Below are positions 35,709 to 45,491 of a DNA stretch of 64,000 nucleotides, piece by piece. The notes beneath the pieces were generated by a model, which was not told where the DNA came from, ran no database searches, and saw only the letters and a list, made by a program, of their open reading frames with translations. The stretch spans positions 64,357 through 128,356 of the forward strand of contig JAFZRT010000015.1 in the NCBI GenBank assembly GCA_017619735.1, read 5' to 3'. Position 1 is the stretch's first letter; each line of letters opens with the position of its first letter. Source of the DNA: Clostridia bacterium (GTDB lineage: Bacteria > Bacillota > Clostridia > Christensenellales > CAG-138). The translations under genes were made by a program, and so were the position numbers.

Positions 35709-36614
35709 ATGGAGATAAGACGCAGAAGAAGGCCTTCGCGGCGAAAGAACGGCGCGTCGTCGGGCGGCGGCGTGAGGGCGCTCATACTGCTCATGATATT
35801 CGGCGCGGCGGCGTACCTCATTATCGGCACGGGCGTCGGGAGGAAGCTGCGCGAGAGCAGGGCTTATTCGCTGCTCTCCGGTCTCCGGGAAAAGATAGCG
35901 GCGACGCAGGTGCCCTCGTTCGAGCCGCGCAACACGCTGTTTACCGATCTCACGCCCTCCCCCACCGCTCAGCCGACCGGCGAGACGGCCTCCGTATCGC
36001 TGCCCGCGCTAGACGTTTATATGCTGCAGTTCGGCATCTACGAAACGGCGGAGGCGCTTGCGCCGTACGCGGAGGCGCTTCGTGCCATGGGCGCCGCGGG
36101 TTACACATACGACGACAGCGGCAGTCTGCGCCTGATCGGCGCGGCGTACTCGACCGAGGAGCAGGCGGAGAGCGTCAGACAGCGGATGATAACGGAAGGA
36201 CGATCCTGCACGGTGTTTCGGCTATCGCGCTCCGGAGCGGAGCTGCTGATCACCGCGCCGCAGGAAAGACTGCTGCCCATACGAACGGCGTTCTCCCTCG
36301 CGTCGGAGGTCGTGGGCGAGCTCGACTCGCTCGTTATAGATTTCGACGCAATGACGCGGAGCATCGAATACGGCATGGGGCGGCTCGCGGAGATAAGACA
36401 GAACATCATGAACGCGCTTGCCGGGATCTCCGACGGCGCCGAGACCAACGGCACGCTCGGGATGCTGTGCGGGTATTACGCGGACGTCACCGGCTTCATC
36501 GACGCCGCATACGGCTCCTCGGCCTCGCGCGCGGAGTTCACATCCGCGCTGAAGGAGCTGCGGATAAAGGCGGCCGTGAGGTACGCTTCGCTGCTCGAGG
36601 GGATCGGCGGATGA
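35709..36614 (+). CDS. Membrane-anchored hypothetical protein with a possible SPOR-like segment
   Basis: I moved the start to MEIRRRRRPS (ATG 35709, AAGGAGG RBS). It has a basic N-terminus and one TM helix (ALILLMIFGAAAYLIIG). The segment YMLQFGIYETAEALAPYAEALRAMGAAGYTYDDSGSLRLIGAAYSTEEQAESV looks like a SPOR repeat. Confidence 0.45.
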   Translation: MEIRRRRRPSRRKNGASSGGGVRALILLMIFGAAAYLIIGTGVGRKLRESRAYSLLSGLREKIAATQVPSFEPRNTLFTDLTPSPTAQPTGETASVSLPALDVYMLQFGIYETAEALAPYAEALRAMGAAGYTYDDSGSLRLIGAAYSTEEQAESVRQRMITEGRSCTVFRLSRSGAELLITAPQERLLPIRTAFSLASEVVGELDSLVIDFDAMTRSIEYGMGRLAEIRQNIMNALAGISDGAETNGTLGMLCGYYADVTGFIDAAYGSSASRAEFTSALKELRIKAAVRYASLLEGIGG

Positions 36615-36777
36615 CGCTCCATACAGTAGAATTGTTTTCACTCCGCCTCGGCGCAACAAACACGCTTTGTAAAAATATTACGTCGATTAAAAAGTTTCAA
36701 AATATACAAACAAAAATACATCCGAAGCGAAGAAAATGAAAAATCTATACGACATCAGTATTTTATATCGAAGTTTA

Positions 36778-36798
36778 CACATTTTTAATAAAAATGTG
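36778..36798. promoter_or_regulatory. Perfect 10-bp inverted repeat upstream of the blaI-family promoter (candidate operator)
   Basis: CACATTTTTA-a-TAAAAATGTG. It ends 10 nt before the -35 element. Confidence 0.4.
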
Positions 36799-36808
36799 AA
36801 AATATCGC

Positions 36809-36836
36809 TTGACAAACAATTTACATGCTATATAAT
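36809..36836 (+). promoter_or_regulatory. Sigma-A-type promoter candidate for the blaI-family gene
   Basis: TTGACA (36809-36814), 16 nt, TATAAT (36831-36836). It sits in a markedly AT-rich spacer. Confidence 0.5.
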
Positions 36837-36867
36837 GTGAATATCTTTACTGGAAGGGGGTTTCTGT

Positions 36868-37239
36868 ATGATAATCAAAGACGTCTCGGCAGCTGAGCTC
36901 GAAGTGATGATCAAAATATGGGAAGCAAACAGGCCGACCACGATCAAGGATGTTTGGCAGGCGATAGGTGAAACAAAATGGACTTACCAAACAGTACAGA
37001 CCTTCGTCAATCGTCTCCATATGAAAGGATTCATCGAGATGGTCGGGAAACGGGTCAGGAGCTTTGAATACGTTCCCTGCGTGACCCGCGCCGAATACAT
37101 AGCTCTTACGAAGGGGCATCTCTTCAACGGCGAGCCGGGCGCATCCGTATCCGATCTTGTCAGAGCGTTCTATGCCAACGGCAACGTGACCGATAGAGAC
37201 ATCGACGATATCGCCGCATGGCTCGGGGAGGTCCGCTGA
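36868..37239 (+). CDS. BlaI/MecI/CopY-family transcriptional repressor
   Basis: 123 aa. N-terminus SAAELEVMIKIWEANRPTTIKDVWQAIGETKWTYQTVQTFVNRLHMKGFI is the typical winged-helix 'penicillinase repressor' domain. Confidence 0.8.
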   Translation: MIIKDVSAAELEVMIKIWEANRPTTIKDVWQAIGETKWTYQTVQTFVNRLHMKGFIEMVGKRVRSFEYVPCVTRAEYIALTKGHLFNGEPGASVSDLVRAFYANGNVTDRDIDDIAAWLGEVR

Positions 37240-37260
37240 GCCGATCTCAAAGCAAAATAA

Positions 37261-37302
37261 AAGAGACCCGCAGCGGCGCATCCGCCAAAGGCCTCTTTTT
37301 TT
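37261..37302 (+). terminator. Terminator-like imperfect hairpin plus T7 after the blaI-family gene
   Basis: AAGAGACC...GGCCTCTT with an inner GCGG/CCGC stem, followed by TTTTTTT. Confidence 0.5.
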
Positions 37303-37307
37303 GTTAA

Positions 37308-37335
37308 GAAAAGAGCCGCGCTGCGCGGCTCTTTA
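37308..37335 (-). terminator. Intrinsic terminator after hisS
   Basis: AGAGCCGCG, loop ctg, CGCGGCTCT. A T-run follows on the minus strand. Confidence 0.65.
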
Positions 37336-37341
37336 TTATTC

Positions 37342-38601
37342 TCATTCCTTGAAGAACTCCGTCAGGCGGTCGATCGCGACAGCCGTTTCCGTTCCGTCGG
37401 CCATGCATTTGACCTTGACCTCGCCGAGAGCCAGCTCCTCGTCTCCTATCGCGACGGTGTAGAGGGCGCCGAGCTTGTTGGCGTATTTGAACTGCGCCTT
37501 GAAGCTCCTGTCCATGTGATCGAACTCCGCGGATATCCCCTCCCGCCTCATCTGCTGTGCGAGAGCGAACGCCTTTCTGCGGGGCTCGTCGCCGAACGCG
37601 GCGAAGTAGACCGTCGTCTCGCCGGGCTTCGGGAACTCGACCCCGTTCGCCTCCATGACGGCGATAAGGCGCTCCATGCCCATACCGAAGCCGACGGCGG
37701 GGATCCGCTGCCCGCCGAGCTCCTCTATGAGGCCGTTGTAGCGGCCGCCGGCGCAGACAGCGCCCTGCGCGCCAATGCGGTTCGAGATGACCTCGAACAC
37801 GGTGCCCGTGTAATAGTCGAGGCCGCGGACGATATCGGGATCCAGCACGTATTCGGCTCCGGCGGCGTCCAGACAGGCCTTAACGCCCTCAAAATGCTTC
37901 CGGCAGTCGTCGCAGAGATAATCGACGGTGCGGGGGGCGTTTTTCACTATCTCGCGGCAGCGCTGCTCCTTGCAGTCGATTATCCTCATGGGGTTCTTTT
38001 CGAAGCGGCTGCGGCAGGTCTCGCACATTTCGCCGAGGTAGCCGGAAAGGTACTCCCTGAGCGCGGCGTTGTAATCCCTGCGGCACTCGGGGCAGCCGAT
38101 GCTGTTGATGTGCAGCACGAGATCGCGCACGCCGAGCCTGCGGAACAGATCGAGCGCGAGGAGTATTACCTCCGCATCCGTTTCCGGAGCGTAGGAACCG
38201 ACGGTCTCGATGCCGAACTGGTGATGCTCGCGCAGTCTGCCGGCCTGGGGCTTCTCATAGCGGAAGGTCGGGGAATTGAGGTAATAGAGCTTCTGGGGCA
38301 TGGGCTCGTTGAAAAGGCGGTTCTCGAGGAACGCGCGCACCATGCCCGCGGTGCCCTCGGGCTTGAGGGTTATGGACCTGCCGCCCTTATCCTCAAAGGT
38401 GTACATCTCCTTCTGAACGATGTCGGTGGTGTCGCCGACGCCTCTTAAAAACAGCTCTGTATGCTCGATTATAGGGGTGCGAAGCTCATGCGCGCCGTAA
38501 AGAGCGCAGACCTCGCGCATGGTGTTTTCGATATAGTGCCACTTGTGGCTCTCGGCGGGCAGTACGTCCTTTGTCCCCTTCGGGGCCTGAATCTGCTGCA
38601 T
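37342..38601 (-). CDS. hisS: Histidine--tRNA ligase
   Basis: 419 aa. APKGTKDVLP, class II motifs (FRYEKPQAGRLREHHQFG, GGGRYD-like GGRYNGL) and an anticodon-binding C-domain are present. Confidence 0.95.
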   Translation of the reverse strand: MQQIQAPKGTKDVLPAESHKWHYIENTMREVCALYGAHELRTPIIEHTELFLRGVGDTTDIVQKEMYTFEDKGGRSITLKPEGTAGMVRAFLENRLFNEPMPQKLYYLNSPTFRYEKPQAGRLREHHQFGIETVGSYAPETDAEVILLALDLFRRLGVRDLVLHINSIGCPECRRDYNAALREYLSGYLGEMCETCRSRFEKNPMRIIDCKEQRCREIVKNAPRTVDYLCDDCRKHFEGVKACLDAAGAEYVLDPDIVRGLDYYTGTVFEVISNRIGAQGAVCAGGRYNGLIEELGGQRIPAVGFGMGMERLIAVMEANGVEFPKPGETTVYFAAFGDEPRRKAFALAQQMRREGISAEFDHMDRSFKAQFKYANKLGALYTVAIGDEELALGEVKVKCMADGTETAVAIDRLTEFFKE

Positions 38602-38628
38602 TGTATCCTCCTGCGCTGAATGAACAGC

Positions 38629-40233
38629 TTATTCTATCTCGATCGGGACGCCGAATATCTCGGTGACGGCGTCCTGTTTTATTATTCCGTGTTTTTTTAG
38701 GTCGAGCTCGACGGTGACGGGGGCTATCGCGCTCTTGGCCGTGTCGTTGATTATCTGCTTCATGGCGGGGATGCAGGCGTAATCGTACATGTTCGAGCTC
38801 AATCCGTCGAAGCAGATATGGAGCACGCCGTCCTCCACCCAGTGCGCCTGCGAAGTCTCGATAGCGAAGTAGAGCGTCTGGTCGACGTCCATCAGCGCCG
38901 CGTGGAGCTTGTTGTACAGCTCGTCCCCGTCGGGCGTGGCGTCGGGCACCTTGACGACGGAGTTCTCCGGCTCCTGCGCCTTTGCTGCGGGCTTTTGGGG
39001 CTCCGGCGCATCGTCGCGTGCCGATGCGGTCTGCACATTCTCCACAGCCGCGGAAGCGGCAGCGGACGCGGCCTTCACCGCCTCCGAGGAGACGTTTTTG
39101 AGCTTGGCCTCGAGCTCCGCAAGTCTGTCCCTGACCGCAATGAACGAGTCGGAATCCTCCGGCCTTATTACGCGGAGCAGCGTGCTCTCGACGAGCGCGC
39201 GCGGAGTCGTGACGAGCTTGAGGTCGAGCTGGAGCTTCAGGAGCTCCTCCACTGCCCTTTCGGCCCTCTCCTTGGATATGCGGTCCGCCTGCTCGCGGTA
39301 GTCGCGCATCATCTCGTCGGTGCAGTCGAGTATGTCGCGGCAGTCGCCGCAGATCTTTGTAAGGAGCAGAGCTCTGAAATGCGCGGCGAGATCGAGCGCG
39401 AACACACCGAGATCACGTCCGCTTGTCACCACCTCGCTCACGCGGCGCATTATGCCCGCGGCGTCTGAGGAGATGACTGCGTCGGCCATTTTGAAGAGGA
39501 AGCCGGTGTTGACGCTGCCGAGCACGCTCATAACGTCGTCGGCGGTTACATTGCCGCCGCAGAACGAGAGGCACTGATCGGCTATGCTGAGACAGTCGCG
39601 CATGCCGCCCTCGGCCGCTCTCGCTATCGCGATAAGTCCCTCGTCGTCGATATGCGCGCCGATGGACGCGAGCGACGCCTTCATGGAGCTGACCATGTCG
39701 GAGACCGACAGACGGCGGAACTCGAACCTTTGGCAGCGGGAGACTATCGTCGCGGGGAGCATCTGAGGCTCCGTTGTGGCGAGTATGAACACCACGTGCG
39801 CCGGCGGCTCCTCCAAGGTTTTGAGGAGGGCGTTCGAGGCGTTCTTCGTGAGCATGTGCGCCTCGTCGATTATATAGACCTTTGTCTTAAGATGCAGGGG
39901 TGCGAACTCCGCCCTTTCGATGAGCGCGCGCATCTCCTCCACGCGGGAGTTGGAGGCGGCGTCCATCTCGATTATGTCGACGTTGTTTTCGGAAAGGCAG
40001 GCCTCGCATTTGCCGCAGGGCTCCCCGTCGACGGGGGACAGGCAGTTGATGGCCTTTGCGAGTATCCTCGCGGTGCTGGTCTTGCCCGTGCCACGGCTCC
40101 CGCAGAAAAGATAGGCGTGCGCGACCCTGCCGCTCCTGATCTGGTTGAGCAGTATCGTCGTAATATGCGGCTGTCCGATTATCTGCCCGAACTTTTCCGG
40201 GCGGAACCTGCGGTAAAGGGCGCTGTAAGCCAT
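38629..40233 (-). CDS. dnaX: DNA polymerase III subunit gamma/tau
   Basis: N-terminus YRRFRPEKFGQIIGQPHI, P-loop GSRGTGKTS, zinc module CGKCEAC, and DEAHML. Confidence 0.9.
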   Translation of the reverse strand: MAYSALYRRFRPEKFGQIIGQPHITTILLNQIRSGRVAHAYLFCGSRGTGKTSTARILAKAINCLSPVDGEPCGKCEACLSENNVDIIEMDAASNSRVEEMRALIERAEFAPLHLKTKVYIIDEAHMLTKNASNALLKTLEEPPAHVVFILATTEPQMLPATIVSRCQRFEFRRLSVSDMVSSMKASLASIGAHIDDEGLIAIARAAEGGMRDCLSIADQCLSFCGGNVTADDVMSVLGSVNTGFLFKMADAVISSDAAGIMRRVSEVVTSGRDLGVFALDLAAHFRALLLTKICGDCRDILDCTDEMMRDYREQADRISKERAERAVEELLKLQLDLKLVTTPRALVESTLLRVIRPEDSDSFIAVRDRLAELEAKLKNVSSEAVKAASAAASAAVENVQTASARDDAPEPQKPAAKAQEPENSVVKVPDATPDGDELYNKLHAALMDVDQTLYFAIETSQAHWVEDGVLHICFDGLSSNMYDYACIPAMKQIINDTAKSAIAPVTVELDLKKHGIIKQDAVTEIFGVPIEIE

Positions 40234-40236
40234 CTG

Positions 40237-40647
40237 TCAATCCTCTGCCTTGCCGTCGCGGAACTTTATGACCTCGTTTACGCCGTCGGTCCAGAGCCTT
40301 TCGATGTTGTAATACTCCCTCTCCTCGGGATAGAAGATATGGAGGAGCACATGCCCGAAGTCAAGCACTATCCAGCGGCCCTCGGTATAGCCCTCCTTGC
40401 GGCGCAGATGCAGACCCGTCTCGGGATATTTGTCGAGCACTTCGTCGCATATGGCCTTGACCTGTATGACGGACGTGCCGCTGCAGATCACGAACCAATC
40501 GGCGACGATGGTCTTGTCCGCGACGTCGATGGCGATTATGTCGATCGCCTTTTTGTCGTCGAGTATCGAGAGCAGCTTGATCACCTGCTCCCTCTCCTCC
40601 GCCCTTATGCGAAGCTCTATTTCATTGGGGAAGATGTCGTTATCCAT
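40237..40647 (-). CDS. rsfS: Ribosome silencing factor
   Basis: I moved the start to MDNDIFPNE (ATG 40647); the tracked 186-aa ORF has a spurious N-terminal extension. RsfS/YbeB motifs are present (DWFVICSGTS..Q, WIVLDFGHVLLHIF). Confidence 0.85.
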   Translation of the reverse strand: MDNDIFPNEIELRIRAEEREQVIKLLSILDDKKAIDIIAIDVADKTIVADWFVICSGTSVIQVKAICDEVLDKYPETGLHLRRKEGYTEGRWIVLDFGHVLLHIFYPEEREYYNIERLWTDGVNEVIKFRDGKAED

Positions 40648-41824
40648 TCTGTTCCTCCGTATTTGATGCGATCTCATCGGCAAGGTAATCCATGACCGCC
40701 TGTGTGGAGGGGTTGATCGCCCTGCCGCTCTTAAGTGTGTAATCGGCCGAATGCCGCATGACGAGCAGCATCGCCCTGTTGATGTCGTTATACGCAATGT
40801 CCCTGATCTCGTCCACGCCCTCGAAATCGCGGCTGGGCTCGATCTTGTCGGCTACGTAGATTATCCTGTCAAGCATGCTCATACCCACGCGGCCGAGCGT
40901 ATGGTTCTTTATCGCCTGCAGTATCTCCGGATCCTTTACGCCGTATTCCTCGCAGGCGAGGACCGCGCCAAGACGGGAATGTATGAGGTAGGGATTGTTT
41001 TTCTCCTCCTCGGTGAGGTCGTAGCAGTGCTCGGCGCAGTATTCCAGCAGTTCCTTGTTCGGGAGCTTTATGCAGTCGTGCAGGAGCGCCGCCATCCTCG
41101 CCTTTTCGGTATCGACGCCGTGGCGGTACGCGAGCTTGACCGCCTCGCACGCGGTGAGCATGGTATGATTGAGGCGCTTGCGCTTCAATATCTTCGAGAG
41201 GCGGGAACGGATACCGATGATCTCCGGCGGCATATAGAGCGCGTTCGTGTACATGTACTGCTCCGTATGCATGGGGACCATGGTATCCACGGGTATCGCG
41301 GACCACATGCGGCGGCGGACCTCCGTGGAGGAGATGAGCGGCCCGCCGAAGCGGGAGAGTATGACCTTCCCGCCGAAGCGGCTCTCGATATCGTCGGCGA
41401 TCGCCCGCATGTCGCGCTTCTCATCCGGGCGGGAAACGGCGGCGAGCTTTGCCATGGAGAGTATCCTCTGCGGCTCGCGCCAGAGGGGGAAGCTTTCGAG
41501 CATGTCCCCTCCGACGATGAGGAAGAGCTCCGCTCCGCGGTACTGGCCCTTGTAATGCGCGATGGTGTCGACGGTGAAGCTCTTTCCCTCGCGCTTGAGC
41601 TCGACGTCGGAGGCGAATATCCCGTTCTCGTGCTTCAGCGCGGATTCGAGCATGCGGTATCTAACGGAGGCGGGTGTACGGCCGGGATCGGGCTTGTGGG
41701 GCGGATCCGCGGCAACGACCATAAAGAGCTTGTCTAAGCCAAGCTCGTCACGAACGAAACGCGCCGTCCAGATATGCCCCAGATGGACCGGGTCGAAAGT
41801 ACCCCCGAATATACCTATCTTCAT
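40640..41824 (-). CDS. nadD: Fusion protein: nicotinate-nucleotide adenylyltransferase (NadD) + YqeK-type HD phosphohydrolase
   Basis: N-terminal half has MKIGIFGGTFDPVHLGHIW (the NadD HxGH motif). C-terminal half has the HD domain (HTMLTACEAV...AALLHDCIK...HTLG). It is one uninterrupted 394-aa ORF. Confidence 0.85.
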   Translation of the reverse strand: MKIGIFGGTFDPVHLGHIWTARFVRDELGLDKLFMVVAADPPHKPDPGRTPASVRYRMLESALKHENGIFASDVELKREGKSFTVDTIAHYKGQYRGAELFLIVGGDMLESFPLWREPQRILSMAKLAAVSRPDEKRDMRAIADDIESRFGGKVILSRFGGPLISSTEVRRRMWSAIPVDTMVPMHTEQYMYTNALYMPPEIIGIRSRLSKILKRKRLNHTMLTACEAVKLAYRHGVDTEKARMAALLHDCIKLPNKELLEYCAEHCYDLTEEEKNNPYLIHSRLGAVLACEEYGVKDPEILQAIKNHTLGRVGMSMLDRIIYVADKIEPSRDFEGVDEIRDIAYNDINRAMLLVMRHSADYTLKSGRAINPSTQAVMDYLADEIASNTEEQNG

Positions 41825-41893
41825 AATAATTCATTATACATTATTATTTTCCGTTTGTGAATAGCTTTCCCGAAAATCGGAAAGAAAAATAAT

Positions 41894-42700
41894 ATGGCGA
41901 AGTTCGCGGACGACAATCGAAAAAAGATAGAGAAGATCTGCCGCACGACCTTCCGCGGGGGCAGGCGGGCATTCGCGTTCGCCGCTGACACGGCGGCGCT
42001 TTCCGCGGCCGTATTCGGTGGGCTGTGGCTCTCCGTAAGGCCGCGCTTCGCGAACAGGACCGCCGCGCTTTTCGCAGTGACCGCCGCCTTTCTGACTGTC
42101 GCCGCGGCATACTGCGCGGTAAGGCGGGAGCGCTACGCGCGCCACGTAAAAAAGCTCATGAGCGAGGCCGAGAACGACGCGGCGAAGGCAAAGCTCCTGC
42201 TCGATCCCGAAGCCGCGTATTCCGGGATAGAGGACTCTCCCGGGGTCAGAGTGTACCGGGGAACTGACACCCTCACGGCTGACGACGCAAGGCGGCTCGC
42301 CGAGGGGTGCGGGAATGGGCTCACGATCGTGACGTTCGCGGAGCCGACTGACAGGGCGAGGGAGCTGATGGCGGCTATGCCAGCCGGCGTGAAGTCGGTG
42401 ACCCCGCTCGAATACCTGGGCGTCGAGGCGAAGGCGCTCTGCCCCGTCACCCGTAAGGAGGCGGAAGCCGCATTGCTGCAAAAGCATGCGGGTCTGCTGG
42501 AAAAGCCCGACGTCAGGGGGCTTTTCGCTCTGACGCGCGAGCGCGCGTTCAAGTACTTCTCCGTCGGCGCGGGGCTGATCCTGTTGTCCTTCCTTGCTGG
42601 ATCCAAGCTCTATTTCCGCTCGATGGCGTTCGTGTGCTTCTGCATTGGCGCGGCGGCGCTCCTGCGCTCCTCGGTAAAGCAAAACAAAAAGGCCGGATGA
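41894..42700 (+). CDS. Hypothetical membrane protein: 2 N-terminal and about 2 C-terminal TM helices around a soluble central domain
   Basis: 268 aa. Hydrophobic segments AALSAAVFGGLWLSV, ALFAVTAAFLTVAAAY, FSVGAGLILLSFLAG and MAFVCFCIGAAALL. No catalytic motif was recognised. Confidence 0.5.
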   Translation: MAKFADDNRKKIEKICRTTFRGGRRAFAFAADTAALSAAVFGGLWLSVRPRFANRTAALFAVTAAFLTVAAAYCAVRRERYARHVKKLMSEAENDAAKAKLLLDPEAAYSGIEDSPGVRVYRGTDTLTADDARRLAEGCGNGLTIVTFAEPTDRARELMAAMPAGVKSVTPLEYLGVEAKALCPVTRKEAEAALLQKHAGLLEKPDVRGLFALTRERAFKYFSVGAGLILLSFLAGSKLYFRSMAFVCFCIGAAALLRSSVKQNKKAG

Positions 42701-42708
42701 CCGGCCTT
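42681..42708 (-). terminator. Intrinsic terminator after obg
   Basis: AAGGCCGG, loop atga, CCGGCCTT (42689-42708). The minus strand continues with TTTTTGTTTTG. The loop contains the stop codon of the convergent + strand gene. Confidence 0.7.
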
Positions 42709-42723
42709 ATCCCTATCGGTAAT

Positions 42724-44660
<1,937 letters not shown>

Positions 44661-44703
44661 AATCTACCATATTTCGGCCGATTTGTCCACAGCGATATTT
44701 ACG

Positions 44704-45123
44704 TCATCTGCCCATTATGCCGTTCATGAGCTTCATCGGGTCGCCGCCCGCCATGGCGCTCTTCAGCTGCATGAGCGTCCTTATCATGTTGAGACTGTTC
44801 ATCGCCTCCCTCGGGAGCATGCTCTCCATCATCTGCGGCGCGGAATATGCGCTCTGCCTCGGCTGCGGCTCATAAGCGGGCTTTTGGGGCGCGGGCTTCG
44901 GCCTGACCTCAAGACTGTCGAAAGCTATGCCGAATCCCTCGGCTGCGCGGCGTATCTCGTTCGGCGCTGCGAAGGGCAGCATCGCCGCGAGGAAAGACCG
45001 CACCTGATCCGTGCCCTGCTCCTCGCGGATGCGCCTCGCGAGCTTAAGAAGCGGGGACGGCTCCTCCGCAGGCTGCCCCGAACCCGCCTGCCGCGGGACG
45101 TTCCTTGAAGGTATCCTCTGCAT
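44704..45123 (-). CDS. Hypothetical protein (139 aa), Pro/Gln-rich middle and Met-rich C-terminus
   Basis: GGGAGGTG RBS 6 nt before the ATG at 45123, and GC3-biased codons. No motif was recognised. Confidence 0.45.
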   Translation of the reverse strand: MQRIPSRNVPRQAGSGQPAEEPSPLLKLARRIREEQGTDQVRSFLAAMLPFAAPNEIRRAAEGFGIAFDSLEVRPKPAPQKPAYEPQPRQSAYSAPQMMESMLPREAMNSLNMIRTLMQLKSAMAGGDPMKLMNGIMGR

Positions 45124-45215
45124 AAACGCACCTCCCGTCTCGATCCATTATATTCCAGCGGCGGTCAAATTGTGAGAGCGCCGCATAGAATGGAGTATCG
45201 AAGAAAGGAGCCGAT

Positions 45216-45488
45216 ATGAAAAGGAGCTTGAAGGACAGCATAAAAAAACGCCCCGAGGAAGCGCCGCAGGTGAGCGAGAGCGTAAAAAGGGACGTGAGCT
45301 ATTTGATGAACGAATACTCCGGCAGGAGCGAGGACGAGCTCATGAGGGAGCTCATCGCGGCCACGGGCCGTCAGAAGGCCGAGGGCCGTTTCGACAGCGC
45401 GGGGCTTGAAAAAAGCGTCCGCACCATACTGCCCATGCTCAACGCCGAACAGAAGCGGAAGCTTTACGAAATACTGGGAAAGATCTGA
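45216..45488 (+). CDS. Hypothetical small protein (90 aa)
   Basis: GAAAGGAG RBS before the ATG at 45216. Charged, helical-looking sequence with no recognised motif. Confidence 0.45.
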   Translation: MKRSLKDSIKKRPEEAPQVSESVKRDVSYLMNEYSGRSEDELMRELIAATGRQKAEGRFDSAGLEKSVRTILPMLNAEQKRKLYEILGKI

Positions 45489-45491
45489 CGG

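Noticed and set aside
38692-38698. A7 run (T7 on the plus strand) in dnaX, considered as a possible programmed-frameshift site producing a gamma subunit.
   Set aside because: It lies only about 20 codons before the natural stop, far from the domain III/IV boundary where gamma-producing frameshifts occur. It simply encodes Lys-Lys.
40648-40797. N-terminal extensions of tracked ORFs: rsfS to 40797, GntR to 24978, potA to 16070, hutH to 35580, ddl to 11797, the ECF sigma to 7545, and the MATE, lipoprotein and S11-like ORFs.
   Set aside because: Internal ATGs with good Shine-Dalgarno sequences give family-typical N-termini. The extensions overlap upstream genes or promoter regions.
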